Below, one piece after another: positions 35,788-44,086 of a stretch of 64,000 bases of DNA; the stretch's first letter is position 1, and the number at the start of each line of letters is the position of its first letter. The notes under the pieces were generated by a model. That model saw nothing but the letters and a program-made list of their open reading frames with translations, had not been told where the DNA came from and did not search any database. The position numbers were made by a program, and so were the translations under genes. Source of the DNA: a virus; IMG/VR virus record IMGVR_UViG_3300028800_000012, positions 1 through 64,000 of that record; one strand, given 5' to 3'.

Positions 35788-36021
35788 CTATCTTGACTCG
35801 GCCACCTTGCGGCCGGCCTCGGTTAAAGACACGCGATCCGCGTCAACATCGACCAGCGGCGGTTCGAGCATCGCGAGGTCTATCAGGCGTTGGCGCATGG
35901 GTTCGCTGACGTGCCGAAGGTCATACGAACCGAGCACAGAAAGTTGACGCAGAACGGCCCGGTGCATCCCGCGGTTTACCGACAGGCTCATTTGGTCAAT
36001 GTCACTGAGCGTTTCGGCCAT
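35788..36021 (-). CDS. Hypothetical protein
   Basis: MAETLSDIDQMSLSVNRGMHRAVLRQLSVLGSYDLRHVSEPMRQRLIDLAMLEPPLVDVDADRVSLTEAGRKVAESR; against the local gene direction. Confidence 0.45.
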   Translation of the reverse strand: MAETLSDIDQMSLSVNRGMHRAVLRQLSVLGSYDLRHVSEPMRQRLIDLAMLEPPLVDVDADRVSLTEAGRKVAESR

Positions 36022-36152
36022 TTCGTAAGCCGCTCATCACTTAGGTTTTGTCTTGCGGACCCATTTCGGCCCGCGATTGGATTTGGGCCGATCCTTAACG
36101 ATTTGAACAAGATCGCCGCCGCGCTGAATGCGCGCGGCGTCGTGGTGCGGTG

Positions 36153-36236
36153 ATGAACGCCAGCGTCGCCGCAATGATTGTCGCGATCCCGATCTTGATC
36201 GTCCTCGCCATGCTCGGAAATCCATTCATTCACTAG
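36153..36236 (+). CDS. Small membrane peptide
   Basis: MNASVAAMIVAIPILIVLAMLGNPFIH*. Confidence 0.35.
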   Translation: MNASVAAMIVAIPILIVLAMLGNPFIH

Positions 36237-36248
36237 GGAGATCATCTG

Positions 36249-36458
36249 ATGAAATTGACAGCAAAATCCGTGCCGTATTCGAGCGTCGTGGGTGGCTCTG
36301 TCGCCATTCACGACGAAAAGGGGGCGGTCGTCGCGCTGATAATGGTGTCCATTCCCGACCCGAGCCGAGACTACAAGGCGACGGCCACGCCGATCATCGA
36401 GCATATCGTGAAGGCGATGAATGCTGATCCGCTCGAACTGCCTGATCTGGAGGGCTGA
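36249..36458 (+). CDS. Hypothetical protein
   Basis: MKLTAKSVPYSSVVGGSVAIHDEKGAVVALIMVSIPD.... Confidence 0.5.
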   Translation: MKLTAKSVPYSSVVGGSVAIHDEKGAVVALIMVSIPDPSRDYKATATPIIEHIVKAMNADPLELPDLEG

Positions 36459-36460
36459 CA

Positions 36461-36846
36461 TGCTCTGCAAAAAAGCCAGCAATCAATTGACACTTGGCGA
36501 ACTGATCGACGCGCTGAAGCGATGCAATCAGGACGCCTCGATCAACTTCGATTTTTGCATGTTCGTCCCGGCCGGGCTTCGCAGCTATCGCGGCTACTAT
36601 GAAGACCTCGCGCTTGGCTTCGAGACAGGAGATCGCGGATACGACATGCGCAAGGTCGGTTCGCTTGTCGGCCACCTTGAGGATTGCATGTATGCGCTCT
36701 TTGAAGGCTACAAGGGCGGGCACTACCGCGCCCGGCGCGATACCCCGATGTGGGTCGATAACAGCGGCGACGCCAGCGGGACCGCCATCGTCGGCGTGAA
36801 GGACTTCGGCCATTGGGTGGCGATCCAGACGGAGGCAATCGAATGA
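36461..36846 (+). CDS. Hypothetical protein
   Basis: MLCKKASNQLTLGELIDALKRCNQDASINFDFCMFVPAGLRSYRGYYEDLALGF.... Confidence 0.6.
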
Positions 36847-37118
36847 TCACGAACAAATTCAAGCAAGGCGACCGTGTGAAGCTCGTCCGCCGTCATCCGT
36901 TCCAGGGAATGTGCGGGCTGAAGGACAACATGCTTGGTGCGAAGGGCGTCGTAGAAGGACCCGATCTTCGCGAGGCTGGTGCGCAAGAGGCGTGGCTGAT
37001 CGTGCGCTTCCGGCACCCGATCAGCCTTCGGCTTTTCTCGCCGACCGTTGCCGAGTGCATGCTGGATCGCGACGAAGGCGATGGACGGGTGGTTATCATC
37101 CCGGCGGGGGTGAAGTGA
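36843..37118 (+). CDS. Hypothetical protein
   Basis: MITNKFKQGDRVKLVRRHPFQGMCG..., ATGA overlap. Confidence 0.5.
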   Translation: MITNKFKQGDRVKLVRRHPFQGMCGLKDNMLGAKGVVEGPDLREAGAQEAWLIVRFRHPISLRLFSPTVAECMLDRDEGDGRVVIIPAGVK

Positions 37119-37465
37119 TGCTCGGCTGTCCACATTGCGGCGCGCTCGGCACTTACGATTGCGCGCCGGATTGCCCGCGACGCATCGAGCCGCCGCCCGA
37201 ATGCTTCATCGTCTGGTCGTCGGCCGAAGCCAAGGAGGCCTTCGATATGATGGTGGAGGAAATGACGCTGGCTTTCTCAATCCCGCGTCCGCTTCTGAAT
37301 GCGGGCGAGGCCGCCATCCGAGCGCGCCTTGAGCGCGCTGCTCAAGAGACTGAGAAGCTTCGCAAGATGCTGATCGACCACTACGGCGAGCACATCACCA
37401 TCATGTTGAAGGCGGAGGCCGAAGCGGCGCATGCGGCGCTCGGTCTGCCGATTGAGAAACTGTGA
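37118..37465 (+). CDS. Hypothetical protein with CxxC N-terminus
   Basis: MLGCPHCGALGTYDCAPDCPRRIEPPPECFIVW.... Confidence 0.5.
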   Translation: MLGCPHCGALGTYDCAPDCPRRIEPPPECFIVWSSAEAKEAFDMMVEEMTLAFSIPRPLLNAGEAAIRARLERAAQETEKLRKMLIDHYGEHITIMLKAEAEAAHAALGLPIEKL

Positions 37466-37788
37466 TGTCGTGGATCGACGAGCACTGGTGTAAGGCGCGC
37501 GAGAAAATCAGGGCACGACATGCCGCCCTGGCCGCGCGCGGACTGAATGCGTTCGGCGATCTGCTCGGTACGGACTATGGATACAAGCGCGTGACGCTGA
37601 ACACCCTACAGCGCGTGCTCGCGGCCTACGGCAGCCAGCGTGACGACATTGGCGACTCGGATTTGGACAACGAGCAGCCGATCAGCCTGAACGTCTATCT
37701 GACCTTGGGCGACATTCGGAAGGCGCGGCGAGCGGTCATGCAAGCGGGCCACCGCCCTGCCGATTTCACCACACGCCCGCGCGAGTAG
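37462..37788 (+). CDS. Hypothetical protein
   Basis: MSWIDEHWCKAREKIRARHAALAARGLNAFGDLLG.... Confidence 0.5.
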   Translation: MMSWIDEHWCKAREKIRARHAALAARGLNAFGDLLGTDYGYKRVTLNTLQRVLAAYGSQRDDIGDSDLDNEQPISLNVYLTLGDIRKARRAVMQAGHRPADFTTRPRE

Positions 37789-37800
37789 AGATACCCCGCC

Positions 37801-38022
37801 ATGTCGATCCACACTTATGTCGCCGCTCCAAGCTTGATCTACGCCCTAGTCGATGATCGGGCAGAGTTCGACAAGATCAATCGGCCGGCAACAGATGCGG
37901 GCGAGAACGCGGAAACCGGTGGTCACGTCGTCTTCAAGAGCGTTGTTCAGGAGGGTTGTCACGTCGTGTTCCAGCACTGGATCAAGCAACCGAAACGAGA
38001 GGCTGCGCCTCGCGCAGAATAG
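37801..38022 (+). CDS. Hypothetical protein
   Basis: MSIHTYVAAPSLIYALVDDRAEFDKINRPAT.... Confidence 0.4.
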   Translation: MSIHTYVAAPSLIYALVDDRAEFDKINRPATDAGENAETGGHVVFKSVVQEGCHVVFQHWIKQPKREAAPRAE

Positions 38023-38029
38023 GCCGCTT

Positions 38030-38527
38030 ATGCGAAAGCCCACAAAACCGCCGCCGCGCTCGTCTAGCGGGCGTGCATTCTCCTACAAGGCAATGACGCA
38101 GATCAACGTCAATGTCCCGCATGACCTGCATCCCGCGTCGAAAGAGTTGGTACAGCACTTTGCGGCGGCTATTGCCGACAAGTTGCGCCAAGCGGAGGTG
38201 AAATACGGCTACCGCGACGGTTGGAAAACTGAGCCATGGGAAATTGAGTGCCGGTCGCAACTTTACCGGCACGCCGACAAGGGCGATCCTTGCGACGTGG
38301 CTATCTACGCCGCCTTTTGTTGGGCGCGTGGTTGGACAACGCGAGCGGGTGGCATTCTCAAGCTGGTCTGGAATTTCGAGACCGAACGCTTGCGCCGCAA
38401 GATCGAAACAATCGCGACGTACCCTGACGAGGACAACGAATGGGACGGCCGCGACAGGTTTCACGAGTGCCGAGAGATCGCACGCGAGGCACTCAAGGAG
38501 GAGGTTGGCTCTACGGAGTCAAAATAG
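38030..38527 (+). CDS. Hypothetical protein
   Basis: ...ADKLRQAEVKYGYRDGWKTEPWEIECRSQLYRHADKGDPCDVAIYAAFCWARGW, common phage accessory pattern. Confidence 0.55.
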   Translation: MRKPTKPPPRSSSGRAFSYKAMTQINVNVPHDLHPASKELVQHFAAAIADKLRQAEVKYGYRDGWKTEPWEIECRSQLYRHADKGDPCDVAIYAAFCWARGWTTRAGGILKLVWNFETERLRRKIETIATYPDEDNEWDGRDRFHECREIAREALKEEVGSTESK

Positions 38528-38533
38528 GCCGCG

Positions 38534-38680
38534 ATGAAATCGCGGCATGACTTGATGGACCGGCTGAAGGAACTGGACGACAGGATCACCGCTGTCGAAC
38601 AGTGGGGCGCAGCCCTGACCGCGATGGAGGAGGAGCGCCGCAGCATCCTTCGCGCGCTCAACGAGCCAGAGGAGAATTAG
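38534..38680 (+). CDS. Small coiled-coil hypothetical protein
   Basis: MKSRHDLMDRLKELDDRITAVEQWGAALTAMEEERRSILRALNEPEEN*. Confidence 0.35.
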   Translation: MKSRHDLMDRLKELDDRITAVEQWGAALTAMEEERRSILRALNEPEEN

Positions 38681-38683
38681 TCC

Positions 38684-38931
38684 CGATGCTCGAAACTCAC
38701 GACTTACACCTCGAAATCGCGGCGGCGAAGGATCGAATGGCCGAACAGCGCGGCACAATCCGCGACCTGACAACCGCCCTCGAAAACCGGAACGGTGCTC
38801 TCGCGCAGATCGCCGATATGCCGTTCACGATGGTCAACGACGCTGACAGTCTGCGGCACATGATCAAGACCATGCAGAACATTGCAATGGTCGCACTCGA
38901 TAGCGTCTGCGGCGTTGGGGGCAGCCCTTAG
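38684..38931 (+). CDS. Hypothetical protein
   Basis: MLETHDLHLEIAAAKDRMAEQRGTIRDLTTALENRNG..., last rightward gene. Confidence 0.45.
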
Positions 38932-38934
38932 GTA

Positions 38935-39294
38935 CTATCTCCTTCCCGACCCCCGCTGGTTTCTTTTCCGTTTTTTCTTCGTGGGGAGTGATTTTATAAG
39001 CCAATCTATGAATTCGGGATTGTCGCGTATAAAGCTCGCGAGCTGTATGGAGAGAAGCGTGACAAGACGCTCCTCCTCCTTTTCGTCAGTGCTATAGCCG
39101 CTGACGTATAGCAGGCCATGTAGGCATTCGTGCAGGGCGCATTCTGCTGCCTGATTTCTATTGGCCCACCTGTCTCTAAAACGAATTGCGTGATTATCGT
39201 AATCGCACTCGCCCCAGTCTTCTGAGTCGGGCGCGATTTCTTCTATTTTGAAATCATACGGGCCGATGCGGAGAGAGCGGACGGGGAGCGTCAT
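38935..39294 (-). CDS. Zincin-like metallopeptidase-fold protein
   Basis: AAECALHECLHGLLYVSG (HExxH). Confidence 0.65.
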   Translation of the reverse strand: MTLPVRSLRIGPYDFKIEEIAPDSEDWGECDYDNHAIRFRDRWANRNQAAECALHECLHGLLYVSGYSTDEKEEERLVTLLSIQLASFIRDNPEFIDWLIKSLPTKKKRKRNQRGSGRR

Positions 39295-39309
39295 TTACAA
39301 ATCACCCAG

Positions 39310-40641
39310 TCACGCAGATCGAGCCCGGTATATAGCACCTTCTTTCGGTTCGCCGCATTTCAACTCTTGGAAGTCAACGATTCCCTTTTCATTGTGAACG
39401 ACGATCATATTCTGCTTCGACTCTTCCGGGTCGGCCTTCAAGTCTCTGGAATATTCAGATGGGCCGACGAGAGAGCCATTGCTGAATGCGCGCGGTAATT
39501 TGGATGTCGTGTGGAAGTGGCCGACGAGAACATAATCGATGATAATGCCTTGCGCGGCATAATATGATCGCGTCTTGGCAACGCCGCGGAGGATCGTCGC
39601 AATCGGGCCGACAAACCCCTGCCCGCCCCTTGAACCGATCCTGTCTCCGTGCGCTGCGCAGAAGGTCAGACCATACACCCGAAAGATGGCATCGCCGGAC
39701 TTGGGGTAGAAGAATCGAACGCCCTTTGTGCCGTCGAGCGTGACGACCATTTCGACGACCTGCGTAATCAGGGTATCGAAGGAGTTGGATGCCATCCCCT
39801 TTGACTGCGGCTTTAACGTTAGGCGGCCATGGTTGCCTGGCAAGCTATAGATATCGATCGGCGCGATTTCGCGCAGGAGTTTGACAAGCCCGGCCAGAAT
39901 CTGCGCACATTCCCGTACAGCCGGCGCAGACAGCGCATCGTTTGTCTGTGCGAGTTCCGCGTGAATCTCTCCGGTCAACATGTCGCCGCCGAATATTAAA
40001 ATAATGCGCTCCGGAGGCTTCCCCTTCCAATGGGTTGTCAGGAGTTCTTTTGCGGCATTCCCGAGCCGGCCGACACGAGATCGGAATATCCCGAGGTTGT
40101 ACGAGTTAAGCCCCTCCATCTCGTCAATGTCGACAACCTCTCCGCAATGCCAGTCAGACAGATGGACGATGACGGTGCGATTGCCGGGAGTGCTCTTAAC
40201 GGCGGGAATATCGAGATGCGGGCGCAGTGGCGGCGATATGAGTTTAAGAACGCCAGCGCGGATATCCTGCGCTTCTATGAGGGCGTCTCGTAGGCGCTTT
40301 ATTTCTGCTGCGTTGTCTCTATCGCTGCGTTTCCGCCGCTCGGCGTCGACCTGGGCGGCAATGTCGCCAATTCCTCCTACGGACGGCACCTTATAGAGCG
40401 ACCAGTCCGGTTTTAATTTGAAGCGGCGCCAGAGGCTTCCTTCTTCGGCCGGCGTTCCGACGCGGGACCGGAAAGCCATTCTGTTTGCCTTACGGTCTAA
40501 CGCTGCGGCAGATATCGCGGACCTTTCCGTCGTTCTTCCAGCCACGCCGGTCGGGTGTTTCCCAGACTTAAGGTGTTTTTCTACGGCCGAAATATCGCGT
40601 TCCGCCTCTCGTCGTTCAGCACTTCCATGCCGATTTGACAA
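39310..40641 (-). CDS. Calcineurin-like metallophosphoesterase
   Basis: VIVHLSDWHCGEVVD, FGGDMLTGEIH, LPGNHGR, CAAHGDRIG, LVGHFHT. Confidence 0.88.
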   Translation of the reverse strand: MSNRHGSAERREAERDISAVEKHLKSGKHPTGVAGRTTERSAISAAALDRKANRMAFRSRVGTPAEEGSLWRRFKLKPDWSLYKVPSVGGIGDIAAQVDAERRKRSDRDNAAEIKRLRDALIEAQDIRAGVLKLISPPLRPHLDIPAVKSTPGNRTVIVHLSDWHCGEVVDIDEMEGLNSYNLGIFRSRVGRLGNAAKELLTTHWKGKPPERIILIFGGDMLTGEIHAELAQTNDALSAPAVRECAQILAGLVKLLREIAPIDIYSLPGNHGRLTLKPQSKGMASNSFDTLITQVVEMVVTLDGTKGVRFFYPKSGDAIFRVYGLTFCAAHGDRIGSRGGQGFVGPIATILRGVAKTRSYYAAQGIIIDYVLVGHFHTTSKLPRAFSNGSLVGPSEYSRDLKADPEESKQNMIVVHNEKGIVDFQELKCGEPKEGAIYRARSA

Positions 40642-40679
40642 GCAGTTACCTATTGCGTTGTCGCGGGAATAGATCAGTT

Positions 40680-40997
40680 CTACTGACGGACGTCAGAGCT
40701 GCGCCGGACAAGGGCCTTCACGTCGCCCTTGATCTCGGAAATGTCGCTCCGGATCGTGTCAATGAAGGCTTCGACACGGCTCATGCGGTCGGTCATCGTC
40801 GGCGGGACTAATGCTACGGCCTTGTCCTGCTCTAGCCGCTCAACTCTTGTGTTGATCGCCGAGGCCCACCAAATCCCCGCCGCCGTCTGCGCCGCGACGG
40901 CCAAGATGATCGAAATGTTCACCCGCTTATCGAGGTGCCACTGTTTATCCTCACTCACCTCACGCGCCCCTTGCGGCAGAAGTGATTCGCGTAACAA
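40680..40997 (-). CDS. Small TM/coiled-coil protein of the lysis module
   Basis: VNISIILAVAAQTAAGIWWASAINTRVERLEQDK...RSDISEIKGDVKALV. Confidence 0.5.
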   Translation of the reverse strand: MLRESLLPQGAREVSEDKQWHLDKRVNISIILAVAAQTAAGIWWASAINTRVERLEQDKAVALVPPTMTDRMSRVEAFIDTIRSDISEIKGDVKALVRRSSDVRQ

Positions 40998-41079
40998 ACT
41001 TCATCAGCCATTTGCGGCCTCCTGTGCCGTAGACGGTCAGGGTCGGCGCGACGGCTGCAATCCGACGCGCTGGCCCGCC

Positions 41080-41385
41080 TCATTGTTTCTTGGAATAGAT
41101 TCCACGAATGCGAGAATTGCATTTGTTGCCGGCGACGATGCGGGTATTAGCCTGACCTAATGCGGCAGCATACTTGCCAGACCGCACGCCTAAATCCTCG
41201 CCGCGCACGACCGGAGGATACGGAACAGGCTCCTGGTCGCAATCAGTTGGCAGCACGACAGCCTGCGGCAGAGTCCCCAATGATGTTGCACAGCCGCCGG
41301 TCATCATCAGGAGAGGCGCGACGACAAGCGGCAACAGTCGCCGATAGGGCCTGTACCGAACTCTCATAGTCGGCAATCCTTTCAT
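41080..41385 (-). CDS. Rz1-like outer-membrane spanin lipoprotein
   Basis: LLPLVVAPLLMMTGGCATSLGTLP lipobox; starts inside the Rz-like gene in another frame. Confidence 0.65.
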   Translation of the reverse strand: MKGLPTMRVRYRPYRRLLPLVVAPLLMMTGGCATSLGTLPQAVVLPTDCDQEPVPYPPVVRGEDLGVRSGKYAAALGQANTRIVAGNKCNSRIRGIYSKKQ

Positions 41386-41755
41386 CAGATTCTTTCTTCT
41401 GTTTGGCGAGCGCGGTTGCTTCGTCTGCTTTTTCTTTTGCCGCCGCTTTTTGTGCATTCAGATCGCGGGTAAGATTCGCAATCTGCAGTTCATAATTCTT
41501 CTGCTTCCATGCGGCTTCACAGCGGGAAGCGCCGATGCTCTCGCGATACGTGCCATAGCCGAAAGCGACCCCTCCGATCACAAGCGCGTATCCGCCGTAG
41601 CGCAGGGGGCGAAGCAGCCACGCGACCGGGTTCGCCGGTGGCAAATCGAAGAACGCCGACAGATACACACCAGCCGCTATTGCAAGCCCGGCGAATATGT
41701 AATCCGCGCCGATGCCGAGCCATTCCGCAACGGCATACGAGAGAACCCAGGACAT
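41243..41755 (-). CDS. Rz-like inner-membrane spanin
   Basis: Two hydrophobic segments then a coiled coil QIANLTRDLNAQKAAAKEKADEATALAKQKKESDERIADYESSVQAL. Confidence 0.65.
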   Translation of the reverse strand: MSWVLSYAVAEWLGIGADYIFAGLAIAAGVYLSAFFDLPPANPVAWLLRPLRYGGYALVIGGVAFGYGTYRESIGASRCEAAWKQKNYELQIANLTRDLNAQKAAAKEKADEATALAKQKKESDERIADYESSVQALSATVAACRRASPDDDRRLCNIIGDSAAGCRAAN

Positions 41756-41764
41756 GGTGCTTGT

Positions 41765-42706
41765 CTACGATTGCCAGAGGATTTGATATTTTGCCCGAAA
41801 CAATTTCAGAACGTGGCGGACGTGGTCGCGGTTGATCTTGTAGAAACTCTGCCCGCCATAGGCTTTCTGTGGTGTTTTCGATTTGAGCGAATGCGTTTCG
41901 ACGTGGCCGAACCAGCGGGTCTGATCGCAGCCTGGCGAATTCGCGCACAGGCGCCGATCCTGTAACAGTCCGCCAAGCCCGCCGTTGTAGGAGGCGTCTG
42001 TGAACGCCCATCGGTCCTCTTGCGTCGCGGCCGGCGGCACCCTGCCCCACAAGGCTTTGACCATTTCGACGATGGCGGCGAGCTGGTAGCCGGGATCGTA
42101 CCGGTCCTCCCACCGCCATTCGGACAGGGCGGCGTATTTACGCCGGAGGTTGTTGAACTCGTTGAACCGTTCGGAGCCGTCCGGGTTATAGGCGACGGTA
42201 ATCTGCCCTAGACCGAACCCGTATTCGCGGGAGGTCTTTAATTCGGCTCTGGCATTCCAGCATTGTCGACCCTTTGGGCAAGGACCGGTTTCCTGCTCGA
42301 TCATGCCGGCGAGCGTCCACGGCTCCGGCGCATCTGCCCAGAGACTGCGCTGGCGGTCGGCGAGGATCGGGCCGTATTCTGTCGCCCGTGGCGGGAGGCG
42401 GCTTAGATCGCGTTTAGAAGGCTGTATGTTCGCTTTTTGTTCTGACCGGGGCACGGGTAGCGGGGATGCCGCCGGAGGCGGTTCCGCGGGCTTCTCTGGG
42501 GCAATTGGCGGCTGAATGGGTTCCGGCGGCGGGGTCGGGACCGGAGGCGGCTTGGTTTCCGGCGGCTCGGGCGCGACCGGTACAGGCGGGGGCTGGACGG
42601 GCGGTGCGACTGACGGTTCCGGTCGTAGGACTTGATAGGCCCACAGGGCGGCCATCAGTAATGCAACGGCGGCAATGCCGCCGACCGCCCACCAGCGGGA
42701 GTCCAT
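41765..42706 (-). CDS. Endolysin, lysozyme/transglycosylase-like, with signal anchor and Pro-rich linker
   Basis: N-terminal TM IAAVALLMAALWAYQVL, long PPP linker, LAGMIEQETGPCPKGRQCWNARAELKTSREYGFGLGQITVAY. Confidence 0.75.
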   Translation of the reverse strand: MDSRWWAVGGIAAVALLMAALWAYQVLRPEPSVAPPVQPPPVPVAPEPPETKPPPVPTPPPEPIQPPIAPEKPAEPPPAASPLPVPRSEQKANIQPSKRDLSRLPPRATEYGPILADRQRSLWADAPEPWTLAGMIEQETGPCPKGRQCWNARAELKTSREYGFGLGQITVAYNPDGSERFNEFNNLRRKYAALSEWRWEDRYDPGYQLAAIVEMVKALWGRVPPAATQEDRWAFTDASYNGGLGGLLQDRRLCANSPGCDQTRWFGHVETHSLKSKTPQKAYGGQSFYKINRDHVRHVLKLFRAKYQILWQS

Positions 42707-43029
42707 CAGGGCTTGCCAAACAGTGCAAACGACAGCGCAATCGCCGACACGACAAGCCCGATAGTCAGCACAACCAGACCGGCGCCGACGTTACCCTTTT
42801 TTGCCTCGTCGACATGCTCGGTAAGACTGATTTGCGGCAGGATGTGCCGGGAGCCGATGACGGCGAGGCCGACGAAAATCCCCGCCTGCAGCGACCAGAG
42901 GAACACTGTCTTGATCATCGGCGGGTCGATGAGAAAAACGGTGCCGGCACATAACCCGATCAGAACCCACGCGCGCGGGTCATGGAACGGGGCGATGAAT
43001 GCGCGAATGCGCGAGACGATATCTGCCAT
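42706..43029 (-). CDS. Putative holin
   Basis: Small protein with three hydrophobic segments directly upstream of the endolysin. Confidence 0.65.
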   Translation of the reverse strand: MADIVSRIRAFIAPFHDPRAWVLIGLCAGTVFLIDPPMIKTVFLWSLQAGIFVGLAVIGSRHILPQISLTEHVDEAKKGNVGAGLVVLTIGLVVSAIALSFALFGKP

Positions 43030-43041
43030 GAGAATCCCATT

Positions 43042-43227
43042 CTACTCTTGTGAGGGCGGATCGTTTTCGACAGGCACCGGGGCGGCCCGGTAATCCCAGC
43101 CATCGCGCGCTTTGATCTCAGCAATGTGCGCCGAGATTTCCACCTCGGTACCGTCGAAATGCATGCCGGTGGGCTCATAGTCGCCAGCACTCTCCGGCGA
43201 TCTCCGCTCGATCAGCACTTTAGCCAT
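43042..43227 (-). CDS. Hypothetical protein
   Basis: MAKVLIERRSPESAGDYEPTGMHFDGTEVEISAHIAEIKA.... Confidence 0.45.
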   Translation of the reverse strand: MAKVLIERRSPESAGDYEPTGMHFDGTEVEISAHIAEIKARDGWDYRAAPVPVENDPPSQE

Positions 43228-43228
43228 T

Positions 43229-44086
43229 CTACTGTTTCCAGATTTTCACGTCGGAATAGACTTCAATATTTCCGAAACTTGATGCGGCGCCGAACCCATC
43301 GGTCACCTCGCCGACAGATGCTGCGTGCTGTATTTCAAATGCCTTGCTTGACGTTATGGTAAACCTGGCCTCCCCGAAAGACCGCGTTTGAACGCCCGTT
43401 TGTGCGTATTCTGATGTCCCGAACGCTATATCGGTACCATCTGTGACATTTTTCAATTTTGTTTGATGCTTGAATACAGCATTGCCTGGCGCGCTCCACT
43501 CCACATAGTACGTGCCGGCCGGCAGAGTAATCTGGTTCGACGCAAGAGACGCGCCGGAGACGGCATTGCGGACAGCGGTATTCAGCGTGCGCGTCAGCCA
43601 CACGCCTGAATTAAACGTTCCTCCGTTGGTGCCGTTCGCTTTCTGGTCCTGAATGATGATGTCGGGCGAAGTCGCTATCGCCGCAGCCGCGCCGGCCGTA
43701 ACGGTTATCGCCCTGAAATTCGTCCCGTCGAACACAATCGGGTAAAGCGTTCCGACTGCAAATTCTCCGCCTTGCAATGCAGCCCCGGCCTTGTCCTTAA
43801 TGGAAACAGCGCCTACCGTATCGATATTGATGGTGACGGCCGAGGTGTTCGCATTCGTCGGCACGTAATAAAAGCCCATCGGTCGCGCATAAGCCGTGAT
43901 CGCAACGACGAGTGACGTGTCGCTCGTCGCCGTGATCGCATTCCCGGAGCCAGCGACGTTGATGAGATATCCGAACGACACCCTCCATAGCGCCTCAGCC
44001 TCGATGTCTACAGCATTGAGATAGGAATCTCCGTCCCTGGCGGCACCGTTGGCTACGGTGGGCGTTTTGCGCTTTGCTGCTGTCAC
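43229..44086 (-). CDS. Tail fibre-like protein
   Basis: ITAYARPMGFYYVPTNANTSAVTINIDTVGAVSIKDKAGAALQGGEFAVGTLYPIVFDGTNFR; downstream of the J-like gene. Confidence 0.65.
   Translation of the reverse strand: MTAAKRKTPTVANGAARDGDSYLNAVDIEAEALWRVSFGYLINVAGSGNAITATSDTSLVVAITAYARPMGFYYVPTNANTSAVTINIDTVGAVSIKDKAGAALQGGEFAVGTLYPIVFDGTNFRAITVTAGAAAAIATSPDIIIQDQKANGTNGGTFNSGVWLTRTLNTAVRNAVSGASLASNQITLPAGTYYVEWSAPGNAVFKHQTKLKNVTDGTDIAFGTSEYAQTGVQTRSFGEARFTITSSKAFEIQHAASVGEVTDGFGAASSFGNIEVYSDVKIWKQ

Noticed and set aside
35890-36153. Plus-strand 87-aa ORF ending at 36153
   Set aside because: Overlaps the minus-strand ORF 35788-36021, whose sequence looks more protein-like; unresolved, so not listed as a gene.
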